Assembly (NCBI GenBank): GCA_023954745.1
Contig: JAGSHC010000005.1
Span: 4,550-68,549 of the forward strand
DNA length: 64,000 nt
Reading direction: 5' to 3'
DNA from: Deltaproteobacteria bacterium
GTDB taxonomy: Bacteria; Myxococcota_A; UBA796; UBA9615
Shown here: in pieces, positions 18,746-27,158 of the stretch
Position numbering within the stretch: the first letter of the stretch is position 1
How the letters are laid out: each line of letters starts with the position of its first letter
Position numbers and translations under genes: made by a program
The notes under the pieces: model-generated
What the model was told of the DNA's origin: nothing
The model's database searches: none
The model's input: the letters and a program-made list of their open reading frames with translations, nothing else

Positions 18746-20446
18746 TCAAGACCCGGAGCGGTCCTTGAACACAAGTCGCACCGGCGTTCCCGACAGGTCG
18801 AACGCCGCGCGCAGCTGGTTGTTCAAGAACCGCCGGTACGAGACCGGGAGCGCTTTGGGTTGGTTGCAGAAGAACGTGAAGGTCGGTGGGCGTATTCCCG
18901 TCTGGGTCACGTAGTAGAAGCGAACGGGCCGGTGCTTGTGCATCGGCGGGGGCGTGCGGCCCCAGATCTCGCGGCCCCAGCGGTTCAGTTGCCCGGTGGA
19001 GATCGTGTAGCGATGGGCGAGGTTCGCCCGGTCGATGGCCGCCCAAATCTTGTGCACGCCGCGCCCCGTGAGGGCCGACAGGAACATCACGTCGGCCCAG
19101 GCGATGTGGGGGAAGCGTCGCCGAAGCTGGAAGAGGAACTCGCGTCGCGGTCCCTCGCCCTTCGGCTTCAGATCCCACTTGTTCACCACGACGATGACCG
19201 CCCTCCCCTGCTCCGAGGCAACCGCCGCGAGGCGGGCCTCCTGCTCGGTGACGCCCTCTTCGCCGTCCACCAGGAGCATGACGACGTGGGCCGCCTCGAT
19301 GGTGCGTAGCGAGCGTCCGACGGTGAGCTTCTCGAGGCGGTCGTCGATGCGCCGGCGCTTGCGCACCCCGGCGGTGTCGATGAGCACGAACTTGTTCCCC
19401 TCGTGCTCGAAGTACACATCGACGGAGTCGCGGGTGGTCCCGGCCATGGGGGACGTGATCGAGCGCTGGTAGCCCAGCAGACGATTGAGGAGCGTGCTCT
19501 TTCCGACGTTGGGGCGCCCCAGCAGCGCAATGCGCGGGATGAAATCCTCCCGCTCTTCGGGCTCGAAGTCCGCGAGGTCCTCGGGATCGACGTCCTCGGC
19601 GTCAAAGGGCACGTCTTCGTCGTACAGCGGGCCCTCCCAGATGACCTCGACGCCGTCCTCGTCCATCACGACGCCGGGCTCGATGACCACGGGGTCCCCT
19701 TCCCCCTCGTCGGCCCAATCGGGCTCGGGGTCCGGCGCCTCGTCCTCGTCCCCGTCCCACGGCTCGGAGCCAGGGCCGCGGGCGGTCGTCGGCTCCATGG
19801 GCATGGCGTCGCCCAGCCGCATGAGTCGGCCGCCCTTCTCTGCCGTGCCCCTCTTCTCGCGACCGCGTCGCCGGCTGGGCTTCTCTCGCGCGCCCACGCC
19901 GTCCCAGGGGTCTTCGACGACACCGCGGGACTCCTCGTCTTCGGGCAGGACCGCAGCGATCGCGTCCTCGAGCTCTTCGAAGTTCAGCCCGTGCTCGGCG
20001 GAGACGTTGAAGAAGCCGTCTACGCCGAGGCGATAGAAGTCGGCCGTCATCACATCCGTCTTGGGGTGGTCCGCCTTGTTCAGGACGTAGAACACTGGCT
20101 GGGAGATTCCGCGCAGACGCTGGGCGATCTCCTCGTCGGTGGCGGTGAGGCCCGCCCGGATGTCCATGACGAACACGATGACGTCGGACTCCTCGATGGC
20201 GACGAGCGCCTGCTGCCGAATGAGGCGGGCCATGCGCTCGGTGGCGATCCCTTCTCGCTCCTCGAACCCCCCCGTGTCGCACAGAAGCACCGTGCGCTCG
20301 CCGATCTCGGCGAGAGCGTAGTTCCGGTCACGCGTGACCCCCGGGGTGTCCTGGACCAGGGCTTTCCGCCGCCCGAGGATGCGGTTGAAGATGGAGCTCT
20401 TTCCCACATTGGGGCGGCCCACGATGGCGACGACGGGCCGACTCAT
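18746..20446 (-). CDS. der: GTPase Der (EngA) with a ~130-aa acidic insertion between the two GTPase domains
   Basis: Two G-domains with GRPNVGKSS and GRPNVGKST P-loops, DTGG/DTAG and NKAD/NKWD motifs, and a KH-like C-terminus. An extra D/E/P-rich segment spans residues ~168-302. Confidence 0.9.
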   Translation of the reverse strand: MSRPVVAIVGRPNVGKSSIFNRILGRRKALVQDTPGVTRDRNYALAEIGERTVLLCDTGGFEEREGIATERMARLIRQQALVAIEESDVIVFVMDIRAGLTATDEEIAQRLRGISQPVFYVLNKADHPKTDVMTADFYRLGVDGFFNVSAEHGLNFEELEDAIAAVLPEDEESRGVVEDPWDGVGAREKPSRRRGREKRGTAEKGGRLMRLGDAMPMEPTTARGPGSEPWDGDEDEAPDPEPDWADEGEGDPVVIEPGVVMDEDGVEVIWEGPLYDEDVPFDAEDVDPEDLADFEPEEREDFIPRIALLGRPNVGKSTLLNRLLGYQRSITSPMAGTTRDSVDVYFEHEGNKFVLIDTAGVRKRRRIDDRLEKLTVGRSLRTIEAAHVVMLLVDGEEGVTEQEARLAAVASEQGRAVIVVVNKWDLKPKGEGPRREFLFQLRRRFPHIAWADVMFLSALTGRGVHKIWAAIDRANLAHRYTISTGQLNRWGREIWGRTPPPMHKHRPVRFYYVTQTGIRPPTFTFFCNQPKALPVSYRRFLNNQLRAAFDLSGTPVRLVFKDRSGS

Positions 20447-21369
20447 TCTCCCGCCCCCCCTCGGAAGTTCCCCAGGCGCTGCAGGAGGCTCCGATCATGC
20501 GTCCACTTGGACTTCGTTCCGACGGTCAACTGCAGGTACACCCGGCATCCGAGCAGGCGCTCGATGTCGAGTCGCGCCGCCGTGCCGATTTCCTTCAGCT
20601 TGCGCCCTCCTCGCCCGATCACCATGGCCTTCTGGGTGTCTCGCTCGACCCAGATGCGGGCCATGATCCGTACGAGGTCCTTGCCTTCCACCTCCTCGAA
20701 CTCCTCGACCTCCACCGCAGTGGCGTAGGGAATCTCCTGGCCGGTGAGGCGAAAGACCTTCTCACGGACGAGCTCGCTGACGATAAAGCGCTCGCTGACG
20801 TCGGTGAGCTGATCCTTCGGGAAGAAGGGTGGCGACTCGGGCAGACGACCGACGATCTCTCGAAGCAGGTCCCCTACCCCATCACCCTTCTCCGCGGACA
20901 CCGGAACGATGGCCTCCCAGGTTCCGGCCTGGTCCCAGGCCGCGAGGAGCGGGAGCAGGTCGGGGCGCTTTACGCGGTCGATCTTGTTGAGCACGGCCAC
21001 CACTGGGAGGTCGCGCTTCTCCAGCGCGTCCAGCACCAGTCGGTTCCGCTCGGGCAACGCGGCGCTGCCGGCGACGTCGATCATGAAGATGACGAGGTCC
21101 ACCTCGGACAACGCGTCCACGGCGGCGTCGACCATGCGCCGGTTGATGGGCGACTGGGCCTCGTGAATCCCCGGTGTATCCAGAAAGACGACTTGGGCGT
21201 CATCCCGGTTGTACAGACCGAGGATGCGGTTGCGGGTCGTTTGGGGCTTGCGGCTGACAATGCTGATCTTCTGCCCGAGCACACGATTTAGGAGCGTGCT
21301 CTTGCCCACATTGGGGCGGCCGATGATCGCTACGTAGCCGCAGCGGTGCTCGTTTGTTTCTTCGGACAT
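20443..21369 (-). CDS. era: GTPase Era
   Basis: GRPNVGKSTLLN, DTPG, NKID and a C-terminal KH domain (VIGRGGRKLKEIG). It has an ATGA overlap with der. Confidence 0.9.
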   Translation of the reverse strand: MSEETNEHRCGYVAIIGRPNVGKSTLLNRVLGQKISIVSRKPQTTRNRILGLYNRDDAQVVFLDTPGIHEAQSPINRRMVDAAVDALSEVDLVIFMIDVAGSAALPERNRLVLDALEKRDLPVVAVLNKIDRVKRPDLLPLLAAWDQAGTWEAIVPVSAEKGDGVGDLLREIVGRLPESPPFFPKDQLTDVSERFIVSELVREKVFRLTGQEIPYATAVEVEEFEEVEGKDLVRIMARIWVERDTQKAMVIGRGGRKLKEIGTAARLDIERLLGCRVYLQLTVGTKSKWTHDRSLLQRLGNFRGGAGE

Positions 21370-21396
21370 GACGGGTTCGCCTGGAACGGGGGGAGG

Positions 21397-22479
21397 TCAG
21401 GAAGCCTTGCGCGCTCCTCGGAGCGGTGGGACCTCGTCGCGCTCAACCAACCCCGCGATCGCGCGGATACGTCCTCTCGGCTGCTCACTCAGGGCGAGCA
21501 CGCGGATGGTGTCGAGGCGGAATCGCTCCTGAAAACCTCGAAGGGTGCTGTTCTCGTGACCGCGTAGCCAAGACTCTTCACGCGGGTGCACTACGAACGT
21601 CACGGCGCGTGTACCGAAGCTCCAGGCCGAAGTCAACGCGGCGCTGGCGGCTCCGCGAAGTAGTTCCGTCTCGACGCGGGTCCTCAAAGAGGGGTCGAAG
21701 GGCCCCGACAAGACCGGTGGTGCCTCCCACAAGTCCTGATCCGGCTGGAGCCCGACCCGAAGGACCGGGACCCCGGCGCTGCGCAGAGCACGGACCATCT
21801 CGCGGCAGGTCGTGATCGCTTCGCGGACCTCCATGGGGATCCAGCGACCGCGCCGATGGTGGGCGCCCAGGCGCGTCCCCCCCAACGCGAGGGCGGGGAG
21901 AATCCTGACACCGTCTGGCCGCGCACGAAGCACAGCGTCGACGGTCGTCATGGCCGACCGGTGCGAGCTCATGGGGAGACCGGGGGTCAGGACCGCGATG
22001 GCGCGGAGCCGGGCGCGATGCAGGCGCCCCAGAGCGTCGAGGCCAGCGCGGGCGGGTCGCGTGATCCCCAGAGCCCGAAGGGACTCCGGGTGCACCGTCA
22101 GCACATGCACCTCGACGGCCACCACCCCCCGGGCCCTGAACTCTCCGAGCGGCGCGCGCAGGACCGACTTCGGCCCCAGCGAGAGCCGAATGCCGCAGGC
22201 ACGACGACGACGCACTTCCGTCTCCGCCGCGTCGAGCAGCGCGGTGCGCGGAGCTCGGGGAAGAGCCCACAGGTCCCCGCCATAGAAGGCGATCTCGACC
22301 GGAGTGCCCCCCGACTTGAGGAGGGCCCGCTCCACGGCCTGGTGCACCGCCTCCGGTCTGGGGCTCGGGGCGGCGTGGCGGCGCGCATCCGGGCCAGTGG
22401 ACGGAGGACACAGCGGGCATCCGGGCTCGCAGTCAGTGTGGGGGAGCACGACCGGCGCGATGGTGTTCCGCCCCTTCAT
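21397..22479 (-). CDS. Radical SAM domain protein
   Basis: An N-terminal CEPGCPLC (Cx3Cx2C) motif followed by a TIM-barrel-like region (EIAFYGGD). It is wedged between rnc and era, with a 4-nt overlap with rnc. Confidence 0.45.
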   Translation of the reverse strand: MKGRNTIAPVVLPHTDCEPGCPLCPPSTGPDARRHAAPSPRPEAVHQAVERALLKSGGTPVEIAFYGGDLWALPRAPRTALLDAAETEVRRRRACGIRLSLGPKSVLRAPLGEFRARGVVAVEVHVLTVHPESLRALGITRPARAGLDALGRLHRARLRAIAVLTPGLPMSSHRSAMTTVDAVLRARPDGVRILPALALGGTRLGAHHRRGRWIPMEVREAITTCREMVRALRSAGVPVLRVGLQPDQDLWEAPPVLSGPFDPSLRTRVETELLRGAASAALTSAWSFGTRAVTFVVHPREESWLRGHENSTLRGFQERFRLDTIRVLALSEQPRGRIRAIAGLVERDEVPPLRGARKAS

Positions 22480-23186
22480 GTCCCCTTCCCGATCACCGCA
22501 TCCAGGGCAGCCTTCGCCGCCGCTTCGTAGGCCTCTCTCTTGCTGCTGCCGGCCCCCTGACCCAGCTCTGTATCACCGATGAGGACGGCCGAGAGGAACT
22601 CCGGGGAGTGGTCGGGCCCCGACCGCGAAAGAACCTCGTAGCGCGGGGTGCCGCGCCTCTGTTGCTGCAGCCGCTCCTGCAGCTCTGTACGTGGGTTTCG
22701 GGGGGACCAGGGGCCGCCGTCACGGTCCCGTCGAGCGAGGGAGTCGGCCATCAGCCGCGTGACGAACGCGCGGGCTGGATCGAAGCCACCGTCCCTGTAG
22801 ATGGCCCCGATGACCGCCTCGAGGGCGTCGCTGAGGATCGAGTCCTTCTCTCGGCCACCCTGGTCGGCCTCGCCTCGGCCCAACCGCAGATACTCCCCGA
22901 GCTCCAAGGTGCGCGCGTGGCGGCTGAGGCTCTCCGCTCGGACCAACATGGCCCGCGCCCGGGTAAGGCGCCCTTCGTCTACGTCGGGGAACTCGCGGAC
23001 GAGGTACTCGGCGATCACCAGGCCCAGCACGGCATCGCCGAGGAACTCGAGCCGCTCGTTGTCCACCGCGGCGGGGGTCTGATCGTGAGCCCATGAGCGA
23101 TGCACGAGGGCGCGGTCCAAGAGCTCGGGCCGAGCGAAGGAGTATCGGAGAGCGCCTTGGAGCGCTTGGAGGGCACCGGTGTTCAC
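22476..23186 (-). CDS. rnc: Ribonuclease III
   Basis: The RNase III signature ERLEFLGDAVLGLVIAEYL and a C-terminal dsRBD. Confidence 0.9.
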   Translation of the reverse strand: MNTGALQALQGALRYSFARPELLDRALVHRSWAHDQTPAAVDNERLEFLGDAVLGLVIAEYLVREFPDVDEGRLTRARAMLVRAESLSRHARTLELGEYLRLGRGEADQGGREKDSILSDALEAVIGAIYRDGGFDPARAFVTRLMADSLARRDRDGGPWSPRNPRTELQERLQQQRRGTPRYEVLSRSGPDHSPEFLSAVLIGDTELGQGAGSSKREAYEAAAKAALDAVIGKGT

Positions 23187-23198
23187 CGGCGGATCATG

Positions 23199-24674
23199 TC
23201 ACGGCGAGACGACCAGCGGGTCAGGCACGCCCGGAGCACCAGCAACCGCGGTGAAGCTGCTCGACGGGCCCACGACCCAGAACTGCCTCTCGGGGGACGC
23301 AATGGCGAGCTCCCGGTCCACACCGAGGCCCTGGGGGTCCCACAACAGCGCCAGGCGCACCCGGGGCTCGCCTGGAATCACCCGCACCACGCCATCGCCG
23401 GAGCCAGGCATCGTGCTGACGGAGAGGATGGGAAGCGGGGCGGCGAACTGCCCTCCCCCCGTTCCTCGGAGCATGTAGACCCGACCGTCGTCGTCGGCGC
23501 GCAGTCCCAGGAACAGGTCCGCGACGCCATCCCCGGTGCCATCCCCGAGGTCGATGGAGTCGTAGGCCATGGGCAGCACCGCGCGCACCACTCCGCCGCT
23601 CAGGCCACCGTTGCCATCGCCGATCCACAAGCGGCACTGCGCGGCCACGGCCTCTTCGGCGCAGATCAGGAGGTCCGAAGCCCCATCGAGGTTCACATCG
23701 ATCAGTCGGGGCGCGACGGCCCATCGCTCGCCTGCGGCCACCGCATCGATGGTGATGCTCGTAGTGCGTAGCTGGTACTCCCCGTCGCCTTCGCCGAGGT
23801 GCACGAAGATCGATCCCGCGCCTACGCTGTCGAGGAGCACGCTGACGAGATCCCCCGAACCATCGCCGTCCAGGTCTCCACCGGCGACGACCAGACTTCG
23901 ACTTCCCAAGGAGACCACCTCGTTGATGGGCCCGGTCCAGTCGCCCTCGCACGTCCGGGAGATGGACGCGACGTCGTCCGCATCGGGATCCGAGGGGTCC
24001 ACCTGCTGCCGCATCCATTCCGTCGCTCCGTCGCCGTCGAGGTCCACTGCGATGGCTGAGCCCACCACTCCGGAGGGGACCGGAGCCCCGAGGCCCTGAG
24101 GGTCACCCAGAGCCTCTCCGTCGACCGCCCAGACCCGCAGATCGCCTCCGGGGCCCGCGACGCCCACCCTCGGGGCGAGGTCGGCGGGGACCGGCTCGTC
24201 GGTGAGACCATCGCAGTCGTTGTCGACCCCATCGCACTCCTCGGCCAACTCCGGGGACACGTCGGCGCTCTCGTCGTCGCAGTCCCCTTCGCAGGGCCTC
24301 AGTCCATCGGTGTCGGAGTCGGACTCATCGTCTGGGACAAGCGCGTCGCAGTCGTTGTCGAGGCCATCGCAAAGCTCCGGGGCGCCGTCGAAGATCGTGG
24401 CGTCCTCGTCGTCGCAGTCAACGCAGTCGTGGGCCCCGTCCCCGTCGTCGTCGGCGAGCTCGCTGTCGTCGCCATCGACGAGGCCGTCGCAGTCGTTGTC
24501 CACCCCGTCGCAGACTTCGGGGAGACCGGGCGCGACCGCCGCGCTCGTGTCGTCGCAGTCTCCATCTGTCGGGAGCACGCCGTCCTGGTCACCGTCGATC
24601 GCCTCATCGGGATAGAACGCGTTCGGGGCACATCCCCCCAGAAGCGCGGAGAGCAGAAGGAGGACTCTGATCAT
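23199..24674 (-). CDS. Lipoprotein with MopE-like Cys-rich putative metal-binding repeats (CDGVDNDCDGxxDE) and C-terminal FG-GAP/VCBS-like repeats
   Basis: Lipobox LLSALLGGC. It has five or more copies of DxDxDGxxxxxDCDD...CDGxDNDCDG and several DLDGDGxxD Ca-binding-like repeats. It is translationally coupled (4-nt overlap) to the upstream paralog gene. Confidence 0.6.
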   Translation of the reverse strand: MIRVLLLLSALLGGCAPNAFYPDEAIDGDQDGVLPTDGDCDDTSAAVAPGLPEVCDGVDNDCDGLVDGDDSELADDDGDGAHDCVDCDDEDATIFDGAPELCDGLDNDCDALVPDDESDSDTDGLRPCEGDCDDESADVSPELAEECDGVDNDCDGLTDEPVPADLAPRVGVAGPGGDLRVWAVDGEALGDPQGLGAPVPSGVVGSAIAVDLDGDGATEWMRQQVDPSDPDADDVASISRTCEGDWTGPINEVVSLGSRSLVVAGGDLDGDGSGDLVSVLLDSVGAGSIFVHLGEGDGEYQLRTTSITIDAVAAGERWAVAPRLIDVNLDGASDLLICAEEAVAAQCRLWIGDGNGGLSGGVVRAVLPMAYDSIDLGDGTGDGVADLFLGLRADDDGRVYMLRGTGGGQFAAPLPILSVSTMPGSGDGVVRVIPGEPRVRLALLWDPQGLGVDRELAIASPERQFWVVGPSSSFTAVAGAPGVPDPLVVSP

Positions 24675-25912
24675 CGGACCCGGACCCCTACGTCGAACCC
24701 GCCGCCGGCCGTGAGATGCGGCTTCGCGTCACCGGCGCTGCGGGCACCCACCGGGGAGCTCTCCGACGCAAACGCGTACAGCGCGAGCACCGGTTGCACC
24801 GCCGCCCCGGGCTTCGCCCCCGCGATGCGAACGCCCAGCTCAGGCCCCTGCACAAGGTAGGCGGCCGGGCCGGCGTAGCCGTCGGGAAGCAAAGCAGCTG
24901 CAGCCCCGGCGCCCGCGAAGGACCACGCAAGGAGCGGTCCCAGAGCGATGGGGCCCGCAGGGAATGCAGCGGCGATCTCCAGCCGAACTCCAACCTGTCC
25001 TGCCGGAGGCGCACCTGACGCTCCCCGGAGTCGCTCGCCGCGAGTCACGCCCAACAGGAGCGCCGCGTCGAGGAGAAGCCGCTCGTTGGCGACTCCGAGC
25101 TGTGCCCCCACGAGAAACCTCGCGGAGGCCCCCGCGTTGCCCTGCTGCGCGAACCCCGCGCCTCCTGTCTGGATCATCAGCCCACCAGAGGGTGGCGGCG
25201 GCGCCACGACAGGCGAGGCCTTCTTGGGGGCGGGACTCCGAGCGGGGCGTCGCGTGCGGGCCTTGTCCTCCGACTTGCGCTCGCCATACACCCCCGAGCC
25301 CGACGATTCGACCGAGGGCCGAAGGTCCATCCGCGTCACGCCCTTGGCGACGACCTCGACGATGTGGGCGCCGACCCGATAGCTCCCCACGGGGAGGTAG
25401 ATGGAGGTGGATCCGTCCTCGAGCTCGCTCATTCTCTGGCGCGCGGCTTCGAACGCGCGCTTCAGCTCGGGGTCGAGGAGCGGGGTCGCCGGGGCCGGGC
25501 GAGTTGCCCCCGCCGCCGTGCCCCCGATGATGAGCACCTTGCCGAAACGGCTGGTGAGGAAGTCATGAAACTCCGCGAACTCGGGGTCGAGGCGCGGAGA
25601 GAGAGCCGCCGCCGTCTTGGCCGCCTCGACGGCCCCCGCCAGCTCGCCCAGCGAGTAGCGAGTGCGCGCGATCTGTTCGTGGAGCTCCGCCGCAGCCTGG
25701 CCCTCTGGCAGGAGAGCCGCGGCCTCGAACTCCGCGAGGGCCTGTCGCGCCTGACCCGACTGCAAAAAGAAGCGTCCCTGCGCCATGCGGTGGCCGAAGC
25801 TGCTCGCAGGGGTCGTCGTAGGCTCCTCCTCCTCGGCATGAGCCGAGCCTGGAACGAGCCCGAGGCACAGGGCGGCCAGCGCGAGGCTAGAAGCGGAGCG
25901 CGAGACCCACAT
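24671..25912 (-). CDS. Secreted protein: TPR-like helical N-domain plus Gly/Ala-rich C-domain (paralog 1)
   Basis: Signal peptide MWVSRSASSLALAALCLGLVPGSAHA. It shares the motifs FLQSGQARQALAEFEAA and LPVGSYRVGAHIVEV with the next gene. The start was chosen at the internal ATG, because the longer ORF has a junk-like S/R-rich N-terminus. Confidence 0.5.
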   Translation of the reverse strand: MWVSRSASSLALAALCLGLVPGSAHAEEEEPTTTPASSFGHRMAQGRFFLQSGQARQALAEFEAAALLPEGQAAAELHEQIARTRYSLGELAGAVEAAKTAAALSPRLDPEFAEFHDFLTSRFGKVLIIGGTAAGATRPAPATPLLDPELKRAFEAARQRMSELEDGSTSIYLPVGSYRVGAHIVEVVAKGVTRMDLRPSVESSGSGVYGERKSEDKARTRRPARSPAPKKASPVVAPPPPSGGLMIQTGGAGFAQQGNAGASARFLVGAQLGVANERLLLDAALLLGVTRGERLRGASGAPPAGQVGVRLEIAAAFPAGPIALGPLLAWSFAGAGAAAALLPDGYAGPAAYLVQGPELGVRIAGAKPGAAVQPVLALYAFASESSPVGARSAGDAKPHLTAGGGFDVGVRVR

Positions 25913-27152
25913 CGAGGCCACCTCCGATCCGCAGGAACTGCCGGGTGTCGAGGCCCACGAGCTCCGTGCCGAGTCCGGCGAGGAGGACTCCCTCGGCTCC
26001 AATGAAGCTGCCGCCGACCGCCTCGACCGACGCTCCGATACGAATCCCGACCCGCCGCGGGTCGCCGGCTGGGAGGATGAGCAGGTCGAGCCCGAGCAGT
26101 CCGCCGGCTCCCCCCGTGCCAAGGGCACACTCGCCCAGCCAGCCGTGCCCGGTGGCGGTCTGCAAGGTCTCGCAGCCGACCACCGCGGGGCCGAGGAGCC
26201 CGCCCAGGAACCCCAGGTGGGGGGTCAGCCATGCTCCTCCGCCCAGGCGCACGTCGAGACCCACGTCGAGAATGCCGACAATCTCTGCGCCCACCGACTG
26301 CCGGCCCGGGTTCGTGGGGGAGGTTGGGCTCACCGCGCGGGAGCCGGCCACGCGGGCGCGTCCCTGCACCCGCGCGGGACCCACGTGAACTCCGATGCCG
26401 AAGACCCCGCCCAGTCGCAAGGGAGAGGTGCCGACCGTGCCGCCGGGGATCCCGGTCAGCCCGACGTGGGCGCCCACGAAGAACTCTCGGGGCCCGCCCA
26501 AGGCGACGAAGCCCGCGTCGTCACCGCGCAATGCGCCGGTCTGGAACGGGACGTCCTCAGCGTCGAGCACCAGCGCGAAGGCTTCGCCCGCGGTCACCTC
26601 GAACTCGTGCGAGCCCAGCGAGTAGGTGCCGAAGGGCAGCCACACGGTGGGCTCGGTGAGTCCCTTCCGCCCAGTGCGTTCCACGAGGGCTGCGAGGGTC
26701 TCCTTCTGCTTCGGGTCGATGAGGAAGCCCGTGTGGGCGAGGTCCAGCGGGCGCGTTGGCAGCTCGCGGCCCTCCGGCGCGTACAACAGCAGGCGGCCGT
26801 AGGAGGAATAGAGACGATCCAGTTCAGCCTTTGCCTCACGCTGGGCTTCGTCGCCCAGTACCGAGGCCAGCTCCCACGCGTGGATTGCCAGGCCTACCCG
26901 GCCGGCCTTCTCAGCGGCATTGGCGAGCTTGCTGTGGCAAGGCCGTGAGACCTTGCCCTCCGCGGTGTCGCAGGCCTCCTCGAGGGAATCGGCCGCTTCG
27001 TCGAACTTCCCGAACTGGAACAGCAGGTCGGCCTGCCGACTGAGGAACTCGAAGGACTTCGGTTCCTCTTCCGTGGTCGATTGGGCGGTCGCTCCGTAGG
27101 GGGCCAGAGCCCACGCCAGGAAGCACACCGCGCTCAGGGCACGCAGGGTCAC
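25887..27152 (-). CDS. Secreted protein: TPR-like helical N-domain plus Gly-rich C-domain ending in Phe (paralog 2)
   Basis: A signal peptide, LLFQFGKFDEAADSLEEA, LPFGTYSLGSHEFEV, and a Gly-rich C-terminal half ending ...GLALRF (a C-terminal aromatic as in OM barrels). It lies 6 nt downstream of the short CpaF gene. Confidence 0.5.
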   Translation of the reverse strand: MTLRALSAVCFLAWALAPYGATAQSTTEEEPKSFEFLSRQADLLFQFGKFDEAADSLEEACDTAEGKVSRPCHSKLANAAEKAGRVGLAIHAWELASVLGDEAQREAKAELDRLYSSYGRLLLYAPEGRELPTRPLDLAHTGFLIDPKQKETLAALVERTGRKGLTEPTVWLPFGTYSLGSHEFEVTAGEAFALVLDAEDVPFQTGALRGDDAGFVALGGPREFFVGAHVGLTGIPGGTVGTSPLRLGGVFGIGVHVGPARVQGRARVAGSRAVSPTSPTNPGRQSVGAEIVGILDVGLDVRLGGGAWLTPHLGFLGGLLGPAVVGCETLQTATGHGWLGECALGTGGAGGLLGLDLLILPAGDPRRVGIRIGASVEAVGGSFIGAEGVLLAGLGTELVGLDTRQFLRIGGGLDVGLALRF

Positions 27153-27158
27153 CCGGAC

